62,295 nt of DNA from Betaproteobacteria bacterium (GTDB lineage: Bacteria > Pseudomonadota > Gammaproteobacteria > Burkholderiales > Casimicrobiaceae), in contig JAGXBK010000001.1 of NCBI GenBank assembly GCA_018971195.1, positions 1-62,295 of the forward strand, read 5' to 3'. Below, piece after piece: positions 1-8,652 of the stretch. The position numbers and the translations under genes are program-made. Under the pieces are notes generated by a model, which saw nothing but the letters and a program-made list of their open reading frames with translations, did not search any database and had not been told where the DNA came from. Every line of letters begins with the position of its first letter. Position 1 is the stretch's first letter.

Positions 1-855
1 GACGTCGATACCGGCGGCGCCGACCGCGACGATCGTCCCGGGCCCGGCGACGGCGGTCCCCGGACCGGCTGTCGGGTCCCTGTCCGCATCGCCGCCGGCG
101 CCCCGGACCTCGGCCCGCCACAGCTTGAACACGTCGGCCTGCCATGTCGCCGCTGCGCCCGGCGCGGGCGACATCGCGCGGATCCTGCGTTCGATCGCGA
201 CCGGGGTCATGGTCCAGTCGACCCGCGCGTCCTCCCGACCGAGCTTGGGGGCGTAGGTGACGCCGGAGTCGGATTGCGGCCGGCTCTCGAGGCGCCCGTT
301 CGACGCCAGGATGGCCAGCACGTCGACGATCGTCGTGGCGCCCAGGTCCGCGAGCCGATCCTGCAGCGTCCCGGTCGTCTCGCGCGCGTCGATGTCGAGC
401 GCGCGCGCCTCGATCACCGCACCGGTGTCGAGCCCTTCGTCCATCTGCATGATCGTGATGCCCGTCGTCGCATCGCCGGCTTCGACCGCGCGCGCGATCG
501 GTGCCGCGCCGCGCCAGCGAGGCAGCAGCGAAGCGTGGATGTTGAGGCAGCCGTGGGTGGGCCATCCGAGGACCTCGCGCGGCAGGATCAGCCCATAGGC
601 GGCCACGACGAGCACGTCGACGGGAATCGCCAGCAGCGCTGCCCGCGACGCGGCGTCCTTCAGGCTCCGCGGTTGCAGGACCGGGAACCCCTGTGCGTCG
701 GCGTAGCGCCGGACGGCGGACGCGGCGAGCACCAGCCCTCGGCCCGATGGCCTATCGGGCCGCGTGAGCACTACCGGTATCCTGTGCCCTGCGCCGTGGA
801 GCGCCGCCAGCGCGCGCACGGCGAATTCCGGCGTGCCGGCGAAACCCACGCGCAT
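1..855 (-). CDS. fmt: Methionyl-tRNA formyltransferase (3' end runs off window)
   Basis: Manual translation from ATG at 855: MRVGFAGTPEFAVRAL...VLTRPDRPSGRG...VVAAYGLILP...CLNIHASLLPRWRGAAP...MQMDEGLDTG; lies directly downstream of def. Confidence 0.96.
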   Translation of the reverse strand, partial: MRVGFAGTPEFAVRALAALHGAGHRIPVVLTRPDRPSGRGLVLAASAVRRYADAQGFPVLQPRSLKDAASRAALLAIPVDVLVVAAYGLILPREVLGWPTHGCLNIHASLLPRWRGAAPIARAVEAGDATTGITIMQMDEGLDTGAVIEARALDIDARETTGTLQDRLADLGATTIVDVLAILASNGRLESRPQSDSGVTYAPKLGREDARVDWTMTPVAIERRIRAMSPAPGAAATWQADVFKLWRAEVRGAGGDADRDPTAGPGTAVAGPGTIVAVGAAGIDV

Positions 856-869
856 GCGATGGCGCCGGC

Positions 870-1373
870 TCAGCCGGCGAGCTGGTGCTTCTTGCGCAAC
901 CTCGCGGCGAGGCGAGTGCGCTTCAGCGGGGAGAGGTATTCGACGAAGACTTTTCCGCGCAGATGGTCCATTTCGTGCTGCACGCAAACGGCGAGCAACC
1001 CCTCGGCGTCGAACTCGATGGTTTCGCCGCGCTCGTTTTGCGCGCGCAACCGGATTCGCGCCGCCCGGGCGACCTTGTCGTAATAGCCTGGAACGGACAG
1101 GCAGCCTTCCTCGTTTTCGGCCTCGCCCTCGGCCTCCAGGAGCACCGGATTGATGAATACCCGAAGCTCGTCCCGATGCTCGGATATGTCGATGACGATG
1201 ACTTGTTTGTGAACGTTCACTTGCGTTGCTGCGAGCCCCACACCTGGTGCTGCATACATCGTCTCAGCCATGTCGGCCGCCAGTTTGCGGATTTCCGGCG
1301 TCACGGCCGCAACCGGCGCTGCAACCTTTTTGAGACGCGGATCGGGGTATTCGAGGATCGGGAGGCGGGCCAT
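870..1373 (-). CDS. def: Peptide deformylase
   Basis: Motifs [22 protein letters not shown]. Confidence 0.98.
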   Translation of the reverse strand: MARLPILEYPDPRLKKVAAPVAAVTPEIRKLAADMAETMYAAPGVGLAATQVNVHKQVIVIDISEHRDELRVFINPVLLEAEGEAENEEGCLSVPGYYDKVARAARIRLRAQNERGETIEFDAEGLLAVCVQHEMDHLRGKVFVEYLSPLKRTRLAARLRKKHQLAG

Positions 1374-1482
1374 GTGCGCTTTGACTTGCCAAATGCAAGT
1401 TCCAGATGCAGAATCGTCTTTAAGTCCTTATTTTGTGGCGGTTTAGGACGTTAGCAAGTCCGCCCCACCCGAAAGAGGCCAT

Positions 1483-2592
1483 ATGCGTCAATACTTTACC
1501 ACAGTCTCGCGCCTGGTCGCGGTTTGCGTGCTCCTCTGCGTCGCGGCGGGCAGCACGGCCGCGGGCGCCCAGACGCTCCCGCTTGCCGACCATCCGCCGT
1601 CGAGCTACACGGTCAAGAAGGGCGACACGCTGTGGGGAATCGCCGGCAAGTTCCTCAAACAGCCCTGGCGCTGGCCCGAACTGTGGCGGATGAACCGCGA
1701 GCAAATCCACAATCCCAACCTGATCTACCCGGGCGACGTCATCAAGCTCGGCATGGTTGGCGGACAACCCGAGCTGACCCTCGAACGCCAAACCGTCAGA
1801 CTCTCCCCGTCGGTGCGGGTTGCGCCGCTCGCCGAGCAGGCGATACCTGCGATCCCGCAAGCCGACATCGAGCCCTTCCTGACCCGTCCGCTGATCACCG
1901 GGCCGCACGGGCTCGCCGGCGCGGCGGAGATCGTCGCCGGCCGCGATGATCGCGTCGTGCGTGGCGAGGGCGACACCATCTATGTCGCAGGCCTCGATCC
2001 CAAGGGCGGCGACCTCTGGTACATCTACCGGCCGGGCGAGCGCCTGCTCAACGCCAAGGGCGAGACGCTCGGCTACGAGAACCGCTTCCTCGGCACCGCG
2101 CGGGTCGAGCAGTTCGGGAAATCCGACGAGGCGTCGATGGCGCGAATCGAAAGCGCCACCGAGGAAATCGTCATCGGCGACCGGCTGCTGCCCGCGCCGC
2201 GCGAGGTGATCCAGAACTACGTGCCGCATGCTCCCGATCACTTGATCGACGGGCATATCCTGAAGCTCGCGCACGACGGCTCCGAAACCGGTCGCGACTA
2301 CGTGGTCGCGCTGGACAAGGGCAAGCAGGACGGGCTCGAAGTGGGCAACGTGCTCGCGATCTACCGGACCATTGCGCCGATCCGCGATCCGCGGGCGGGG
2401 CACGAAGGCCCGTCGATCATGTTCCCGAACCTGGACAACACGACCAGCTACTCGCAGCCCGCGTACCTGAAGATTCCCGACGAGCACCTCGGCGTCCTGA
2501 TGGTCTTCCGGGTGTTCGACCGCGTGTCCTACGCGCTGGTGCTCAATTCCAGCGGCGCGGTCCGCGTCGGCGATTACGTAAGGACGCCCTGA
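1483..2592 (+). CDS. LysM peptidoglycan-binding protein (TsaP-like)
   Basis: Signal peptide; [27 protein letters not shown]...NPNLIYPGD; typical def-LysM-dprA context. Confidence 0.92.
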   Translation: MRQYFTTVSRLVAVCVLLCVAAGSTAAGAQTLPLADHPPSSYTVKKGDTLWGIAGKFLKQPWRWPELWRMNREQIHNPNLIYPGDVIKLGMVGGQPELTLERQTVRLSPSVRVAPLAEQAIPAIPQADIEPFLTRPLITGPHGLAGAAEIVAGRDDRVVRGEGDTIYVAGLDPKGGDLWYIYRPGERLLNAKGETLGYENRFLGTARVEQFGKSDEASMARIESATEEIVIGDRLLPAPREVIQNYVPHAPDHLIDGHILKLAHDGSETGRDYVVALDKGKQDGLEVGNVLAIYRTIAPIRDPRAGHEGPSIMFPNLDNTTSYSQPAYLKIPDEHLGVLMVFRVFDRVSYALVLNSSGAVRVGDYVRTP

Positions 2593-2611
2593 CGTCGGCA
2601 GCACACGCACG

Positions 2612-3874
2612 GTGCCTGTCGATCCGCGCAAGCTTGCGTGGGCTGAGCTCGCACACAGGACGCTTCCGCAGCGCGCGACGGTCGACCTGCTGCGCACATT
2701 TGGCGACCCGGAGGCGGTACTGGGCGCATCGCGCGCACAACTCCTGCGCATCGTCGGGCCGGCGGTGGCCGACCGCGTGCTCTCGGCGGGTCCGCGCGAA
2801 GCCATCGAGGCGATCTCGCGCTGGCTCGAGGATCCGAGTCACGACCTGATCGCCTGGGACGACGCCGACTATCCGCGGGCGCTGCTCGACGTCGGCGACG
2901 CTCCGCCGGTGCTGTTCCACATCGGCAGGCGCGATCTGCTGAACCGCCCGGCACTCGCGATCGTAGGCAGTCGCAATGCGACGCCGCAGGGAATGGAGAC
3001 GGCGCGCGAATTCGCCGCCGCGCTGTGCGCTGCGGGGCTCACGATCGTTTCGGGACTCGCCGAGGGCATCGACACTGCCGCCCATGAAGGTGCACTCGAC
3101 CGGACGATCGACCGCGGTTCGCGTCGCGCGGATCGCACGACCGATCGCGCGCCGGATCATGGCGCCGCGGGCGCGAGCGCGCCGGCGGCGGGATCGACGA
3201 TCGCGGTGGTCGCCACCGGGCCCGATCGCGTCTATCCCGCCAGGAACCGCGATCTCGCGAGGCGCATCGCGGCCGAGGGTGCCTTGCTGTCCGAATACTT
3301 TCCCGGAACGCCCGCGCGCAAGGAAAATTTCCCGCGCCGGAATCGCTTGATCAGCGGCCTTGCGCGCGGTGTGCTCGTCGTCGAGGCGACGCTGTCGTCC
3401 GGGTCGCTCATCACCGCGCGGCTCGCGGGCGAGCAGGGTCGCGAAGTGTTCGCGATCCCGGGTTCGATCCATTCGCCGTTCGCGCGGGGCTGCCACAAGC
3501 TGATCCGCGAAGGCGCGAAGCTCGTCGAAACTGCCCAGGATGTCCTGGACGAGATCGGACTTCGGCAACCCGCAACCGGGCCTTCGGGGGCGGCCGCCCG
3601 CGGCGCGAATGCGCCCAGGGCCCAGCGCTCCGCGCGCCCCCGCGCGGCAGGCCACGATGCGCATGATCAGGTTGCGGACGCGGCGGGGATCCTCGGCGGC
3701 GACGCCGCGGCGCTGCTCGCGGCAATGGAACATGGCCCTGTCGCGGTCGACGTCCTGGTGGCGCGCAGCGGCTTGTCGGCGTCCGACGTCGCCGCCGAAC
3801 TGGTCAGGCTCGAGCTCGAGCGCCGCGTCGCGGCGTTGCCGGGCGGGCTCTGGCAGCGAATCAGCCGGACTTGA
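2612..3874 (+). CDS. dprA: DNA-processing protein DprA
   Basis: AIVGSRNAT, IVSGLAEGIDTAAHEGAL, FPRRNRLISG, SGSLITA, GREVFAIPGSI; C-terminal winged helix; GTG start. Confidence 0.96.
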   Translation: MPVDPRKLAWAELAHRTLPQRATVDLLRTFGDPEAVLGASRAQLLRIVGPAVADRVLSAGPREAIEAISRWLEDPSHDLIAWDDADYPRALLDVGDAPPVLFHIGRRDLLNRPALAIVGSRNATPQGMETAREFAAALCAAGLTIVSGLAEGIDTAAHEGALDRTIDRGSRRADRTTDRAPDHGAAGASAPAAGSTIAVVATGPDRVYPARNRDLARRIAAEGALLSEYFPGTPARKENFPRRNRLISGLARGVLVVEATLSSGSLITARLAGEQGREVFAIPGSIHSPFARGCHKLIREGAKLVETAQDVLDEIGLRQPATGPSGAAARGANAPRAQRSARPRAAGHDAHDQVADAAGILGGDAAALLAAMEHGPVAVDVLVARSGLSASDVAAELVRLELERRVAALPGGLWQRISRT

Positions 3875-4123
3875 TAGCGAGCGCTCACCGCGGCTCAAAC
3901 CGTTGTTGGTGCTATGCATTGGCAGTGATCCCCGGCGGCGCTCGCGGCGGATCATCCAAACGACGGTTGCCCGCGCCTCGCGACCTTCGGTAGTATCGGC
4001 GACCCCGAATCCCCCGCCTTCTGCCGATCGCTTGGCAAATGCGCCCGGGGGCCGCATGTTGAACCCACTCCGGCGCAGCACCCGCCACCGGCTCTGCGCA
4101 GCAGCCTCCGAATCCGGACTCCC

Positions 4124-7051
4124 TTGCCCAAGAACCTGATCATCGCCGAGAAGCCCTCCGTCGCCGCCGACATCGCGCGGGTGCTGGGCGGCTTCACCAA
4201 GCATGCCGATTACTTCGAAAGCGACACCTACGTGCTTTCGTCGGCGGTCGGTCACCTGCTCGAGATCGGGATGCCCGAGGAAGAGGAGGTCAAGCGCGGC
4301 AAGTGGACGTTCGCCCAGCTTCCCGCGATTCCGTCGCGCTTCGCGCTGAAGCCGATCGAAAAGAACGAGGCGCGGCTCAAGACGCTGCTGAAGCTGATCA
4401 AGCGCAAGGACGTCTCGCGCCTGGTCAACGCCTGCGACGCGGGCCGCGAAGGCGAGCTCATCTTCCGCTACATCGCCCAGTACGCCAAAACGGACAAACC
4501 CATCGATCGCCTCTGGCTGCAGTCGATGACGCCGGCGTCGATCCGCGAAGGCTTCGCCCGCCTGCGCAGCGACCAGACAATGCGCCCGCTCGCCGATGCG
4601 GCGGTCTGCCGATCCGAATCGGACTGGCTGGTCGGCATCAACGGCACGCGCGCGATGACTGCGTTCAACTCCAAGGCCGGCGGGTTCCAGTTGACCACGG
4701 TCGGTCGCGTGCAGACGCCGACGCTCGCGATCATGGTGGAGCGCGAGGAGAAGATCCGCTCGTTCGTCCCGCGCAATTACTGGGAGCTCGCCGGCACGTT
4801 CCGCGCGGAGGCCGGCCAGTACACGGGCCGCTGGTTCGACGAGAGCTTCCGCAAGCGCGACGGCGCGCCCACCGGCGCGAATGCGCAACGCATCGCCGAC
4901 GACGACCCGGACCGGCGCCCCGAACGCATCTGGGACGAAGCCACCGCGCGCGCGATCGCTTCCGCCTGTGTCGGCAAGCCCGGGCAAGTCACCGAGGAAT
5001 CGAAGCCGTCGACGCAGATCGCGCCGCTGCTCTACGACCTCACCAGCCTGCAGCGCGAGGCGAACGGCCGTTACGGCTTCTCGGCGCGCACGACCCTCTC
5101 GCTCGCGCAGGCGCTCTACGAAAAGCACAAGGCGCTCACTTATCCCCGCACCGATTCGCGTGCCCTGCCCGAGGACTACCTCGGCACCGTCAAGGCCACG
5201 CTCGAGGAGCTCGCCGAGACCGGCGCCTACGGAGCGTTCGCGCGCAACATCCTGAAGAACAGGTGGCTGCGGCCCAACAAGCGCATTTTCGACAATTCGA
5301 AGATCTCGGATCACTTCGCGATCATCCCGACGCTCGTCAGGCCCAAGCACCTGAACGAAGTCGAAGCGAAGCTCTACGACCTCGTCGTCAAGCGCTTCCT
5401 CGCCGTGTTCCACCCTGCGGCGGAATTCCAAGTGACGACGCGGATCACCCGCGTCGGCAAGGAACCCTTCAAGTCAGAAGGCAAGGTGCTCGTGCAGCCC
5501 GGCTGGCTCGCCGTCTACGGCAAGGAAGCGTCCGGCGACGAGCCGATGCTGACCCCGGTCAAGGTGCGCGAGGTGGTCGATGCGCCGTCGGTCACGGCCG
5601 CCGATCGCGCCGGTGCCGCGCGGCGCTACGAAGGCGTCGAGACCGTCAAGACCGAGAAGGTCGACGTCGCGGCACTGACGACGCGCCCCCCGCCGCGCTA
5701 CAACGAGGCGACCCTGCTCTCGGCGATGGAAGGTGCGGGCAAGTCGATCGAGGATGACGAGCTGCGCGAGGCGATGCGCGAAAAGGGTCTCGGCACACCC
5801 GCGACGCGGGCGCAGATCATCGAGGGCCTGATCGCCGAGCGCTACGTCCTGCGCGAAGGCCGCGACCTGATTCCGACGCCCAAGGCGTTCTCGCTGATGA
5901 CCCTGCTGCACGGCCTCGGGATCCCCGAGCTGTTCTCGCCGGAGCTCACCGCCGAGTGGGAATTCAAGCTCGCGCAGATGGAGCACGGCAAGCTCGCGCG
6001 CAGCGAGTTCATGCGCGAGATCGTGGCAATGACCAAGCACATCGTCGCGCAGGCGAAGAACTACGAGAGCGACACCATCCCCGGGGATTTCGCGACGCTG
6101 ACGACGCGCTGCCCGAAGTGTGGCGGCGAGGTGCACGAGCGCTACCGGAAATTCCAGTGCGTCGATTGTGATTTCGCCTTCTGGAAGATCATGGGCGGCC
6201 GCCAGATCGATCCCGCGGAAGCCGACACGCTGCTGGCGACGCGCGAGGTGGGGCCGCTCGACGGCTTCCGCAGCCGCCTCGGGCGCCCGTTCTCCGCCAA
6301 GCTCAGGCTGACCGACGCGAACGAAGTCGAGTTCGACTTCGGGCCCCGAATCGACGATGACGACGAGGCGGCACCGGATTTCTCGGAGCAGACGCCGCTC
6401 GGACCCTGCCCGAAATGCGGTCACCGCGTGTTCGAGACGCCGAACGCCTACGTTTGCGAGCGCGCCGTCGGCGAGGGAAAGACTTGCGATTTTCGCTCGG
6501 GACGCACGATCCTGCAGCGCCCGATCGAGCGCGCGCAGATGACCAAGCTTCTCGAGACGGGCAAGACCGATCTTCTGCAGTTCGTCTCGGCGCGCACGCG
6601 GCGCCCGTTCTCCGCGTTCCTGGTCAAGCAGGCGGATGGAAAGGTCGGCTTCGAGTTCGAGGCCAAGCGGCCCGGGCGCAAGGGCGCGCGCCCTGCGCGC
6701 GGAGCGCCGCTGCGCGCGCTCGGCGCGCATCCGGGCGATGGCCAGCCGGTCGAGCTGCACGCGGGCCGCTATGGCCCCTACGTCAAGCACGGCGCGACCA
6801 ACGCAACGCTGCCGGACAAGGACGCCGTCGATACGCTGACGCTCGAGCAGGCGGTGGCCCTGGTCGACGAGAAAGGCCGACGCGGCGCCCCCGCCGCCAA
6901 GCGCGACGCGGGCAAGGCGCGCGCGAGGCGCAACGCGCCGACCGTCGCCTCGAAACCTCGCGCACCCGCGCCGAAGTCGCGCGCCGCGAAGTCGCGCGCC
7001 GCGAAGTCCCCTGCCGCGAAGACCGCCGCCACGAAGAAGCGCCGGGCCTGA
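4124..7051 (+). CDS. topB: DNA topoisomerase III (type IA) with Zn ribbons, C-terminal repeat and basic tail
   Basis: LIIAEKPSVA, NACDAGREGELIF, GRVQTPTL, catalytic LTYPRTDSR, GLGTPATRA; CPKCG ribbons; TTG start. Confidence 0.93.
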   Translation: MPKNLIIAEKPSVAADIARVLGGFTKHADYFESDTYVLSSAVGHLLEIGMPEEEEVKRGKWTFAQLPAIPSRFALKPIEKNEARLKTLLKLIKRKDVSRLVNACDAGREGELIFRYIAQYAKTDKPIDRLWLQSMTPASIREGFARLRSDQTMRPLADAAVCRSESDWLVGINGTRAMTAFNSKAGGFQLTTVGRVQTPTLAIMVEREEKIRSFVPRNYWELAGTFRAEAGQYTGRWFDESFRKRDGAPTGANAQRIADDDPDRRPERIWDEATARAIASACVGKPGQVTEESKPSTQIAPLLYDLTSLQREANGRYGFSARTTLSLAQALYEKHKALTYPRTDSRALPEDYLGTVKATLEELAETGAYGAFARNILKNRWLRPNKRIFDNSKISDHFAIIPTLVRPKHLNEVEAKLYDLVVKRFLAVFHPAAEFQVTTRITRVGKEPFKSEGKVLVQPGWLAVYGKEASGDEPMLTPVKVREVVDAPSVTAADRAGAARRYEGVETVKTEKVDVAALTTRPPPRYNEATLLSAMEGAGKSIEDDELREAMREKGLGTPATRAQIIEGLIAERYVLREGRDLIPTPKAFSLMTLLHGLGIPELFSPELTAEWEFKLAQMEHGKLARSEFMREIVAMTKHIVAQAKNYESDTIPGDFATLTTRCPKCGGEVHERYRKFQCVDCDFAFWKIMGGRQIDPAEADTLLATREVGPLDGFRSRLGRPFSAKLRLTDANEVEFDFGPRIDDDDEAAPDFSEQTPLGPCPKCGHRVFETPNAYVCERAVGEGKTCDFRSGRTILQRPIERAQMTKLLETGKTDLLQFVSARTRRPFSAFLVKQADGKVGFEFEAKRPGRKGARPARGAPLRALGAHPGDGQPVELHAGRYGPYVKHGATNATLPDKDAVDTLTLEQAVALVDEKGRRGAPAAKRDAGKARARRNAPTVASKPRAPAPKSRAAKSRAAKSPAAKTAATKKRRA
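6972..7036 (+). repeat. 15-bp coding tandem repeat (KSRAA-like units) in topB tail
   Basis: CGAAG recurs at 6972, 6987, 7002, 7017 and 7032. Confidence 0.8.
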
Positions 7052-7069
7052 CGCTGCTGCTCTGGCAGA

Positions 7070-8620
7070 TCAGGAAGTCGCGGGGTCGCCGACGTCGAAA
7101 CGGATGCCCTGGGCCAGTGGCAGGTCGCGACCCCAGTTGATGGTGTTCGTCTGCCGGCGCATGTAGGCCTGCCAGGCGTCGGAACCCGATTCGCGCCCGC
7201 CGCCGGTTTCCTTCTCCCCGCCGAAAGCCCCGCCGATCTCGGCACCCGACGTGCCGATGTTCACGTTCGCGATGCCGCAGTCGCTGCCGGAAGCGGCGAG
7301 AAACGCCTCGGCCGTGCGCAAGCTTTGCGTGAACAGCGACGACGAAAGTCCCTGGCGCACGCCGTTGTTCATCGCAATCGCCTGGTCGATCGTGTCGTAG
7401 GCCATCACGTACAGGATCGGCGCGAAGGTCTCGCGCTGCACCAGCGCCGACGCATTGTCGATGCCGGCGACGATCGTCGGCAGGACGAAGTGGCCCGCGC
7501 GCGCGATCACACTCCCGCCGTACGCGATGCGGGCACCCGATGCGCGGGCCTCGTCGACGGCGCGCGTATACGTCGCCACCGCGGCATCGTCGATCAGCGG
7601 GCCCATCAGCGTGCCGGGGTCCAGCGGGTCGCCGATCCTCACCTGCGCGTACGCGCGCGCAAGCCGCGCGAGCAGCGCGTCGATGCGCGACCGATGCACG
7701 ATCAGGCGGCGCGTCGTCGTGCAGCGCTGTCCCGCGGTGCCGACCGCGCCGAAGACCACGGCCGGGACGACGAGGTCGAGGTCGGCATCGTCGGCGACGA
7801 TGACCGCGTTGTTGCCGCCGCATTCGAGCAGCACCTTGCCGAAACGTGCGGCCACCGTCGTCGCCACTGACCGCCCGGCGGCCGACGACCCGGTAAACGA
7901 GAGCAGTGCGACGCGCGCATCCTGCGCCAGCGCCTGGCCCGCTTCGAGCCCGCCGATCGCCAGCGCGAACACCGGCGGCAGCCCGAGCTCGTCGACGACG
8001 CGGTCGGTGAGCGCCGACACTGCCAGCGCGCACAGCGGCACCTTCGGCGAGGGCTTCCACACCGTCGCATTGCCGCAGACGCAGGCGAGCATCGCGTTCC
8101 ACGCCCACACCGCCAACGGGAAATTGAACGCCGTCACCACCCCGACGACGCCCAGCGGATGCCATTGCTCGTACATCCGGTGCGCAGGCCGCTCCGACTG
8201 CAGCGTCTTGCCGTAGAGCATCCGTGCCTGCCCGACCGCGAAATCGGCGATGTCGATCATCTCCTGCACTTCGCCATCGCCTTCGGCCTTGATCTTGCCG
8301 TTCTCGAGCGACACCAGGCTGCCGAGCGCATCCTTGTGCTCGCGCAGCAGTTCCGCGCAGCGCCGCACCGCATCGCCGCGCCTGGGCGCGGGTACGTCAC
8401 GCCAGGCCCGCGCGGCGTCGGTCGCGCCCCGCAGAATGCGCTCGAGGTCACCGGCGCTCGCCGTGTCGACGCTGCCGAGCGCCATGCCGTTCGCCGGATT
8501 CGACGATGCGAGCCGCGGGCCATGCAACGCCGCGGCGCGCGGGCGCCGCACGTGGCCGTCGGCTCCGATGGTCAAGCCGAGCTTCGAAAGCGTCGCTGTC
8601 AGGCGTGGATCGAGCGTCAT
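7070..8620 (-). CDS. Aldehyde dehydrogenase, ALDH7 / piperideine-6-carboxylate dehydrogenase family
   Basis: EGDGEVQEMIDIADFAVG, TAFNFPLAVWAWN, FTGS, LECGGNNA, GQRCT, ETFAPILY, GAEIGGAFGGEKETGGGRESGS; ATG at 8620 chosen to avoid overlap with the S8 gene. Confidence 0.92.
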   Translation of the reverse strand: MTLDPRLTATLSKLGLTIGADGHVRRPRAAALHGPRLASSNPANGMALGSVDTASAGDLERILRGATDAARAWRDVPAPRRGDAVRRCAELLREHKDALGSLVSLENGKIKAEGDGEVQEMIDIADFAVGQARMLYGKTLQSERPAHRMYEQWHPLGVVGVVTAFNFPLAVWAWNAMLACVCGNATVWKPSPKVPLCALAVSALTDRVVDELGLPPVFALAIGGLEAGQALAQDARVALLSFTGSSAAGRSVATTVAARFGKVLLECGGNNAVIVADDADLDLVVPAVVFGAVGTAGQRCTTTRRLIVHRSRIDALLARLARAYAQVRIGDPLDPGTLMGPLIDDAAVATYTRAVDEARASGARIAYGGSVIARAGHFVLPTIVAGIDNASALVQRETFAPILYVMAYDTIDQAIAMNNGVRQGLSSSLFTQSLRTAEAFLAASGSDCGIANVNIGTSGAEIGGAFGGEKETGGGRESGSDAWQAYMRRQTNTINWGRDLPLAQGIRFDVGDPATS

Positions 8621-8652
8621 GATCGTTCTCGCGCGTCGAGGTTCATCGATGC

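Noticed and set aside
2543-5431. Very long antisense or alternate-frame ORFs (e.g. 2543-5431, 12920-15463, 18845-21364, 40545-43184, 55210-58305)
   Set aside because: These are shadow ORFs of high-GC genes. They have no recognisable motifs and overlap well-supported CDSs.
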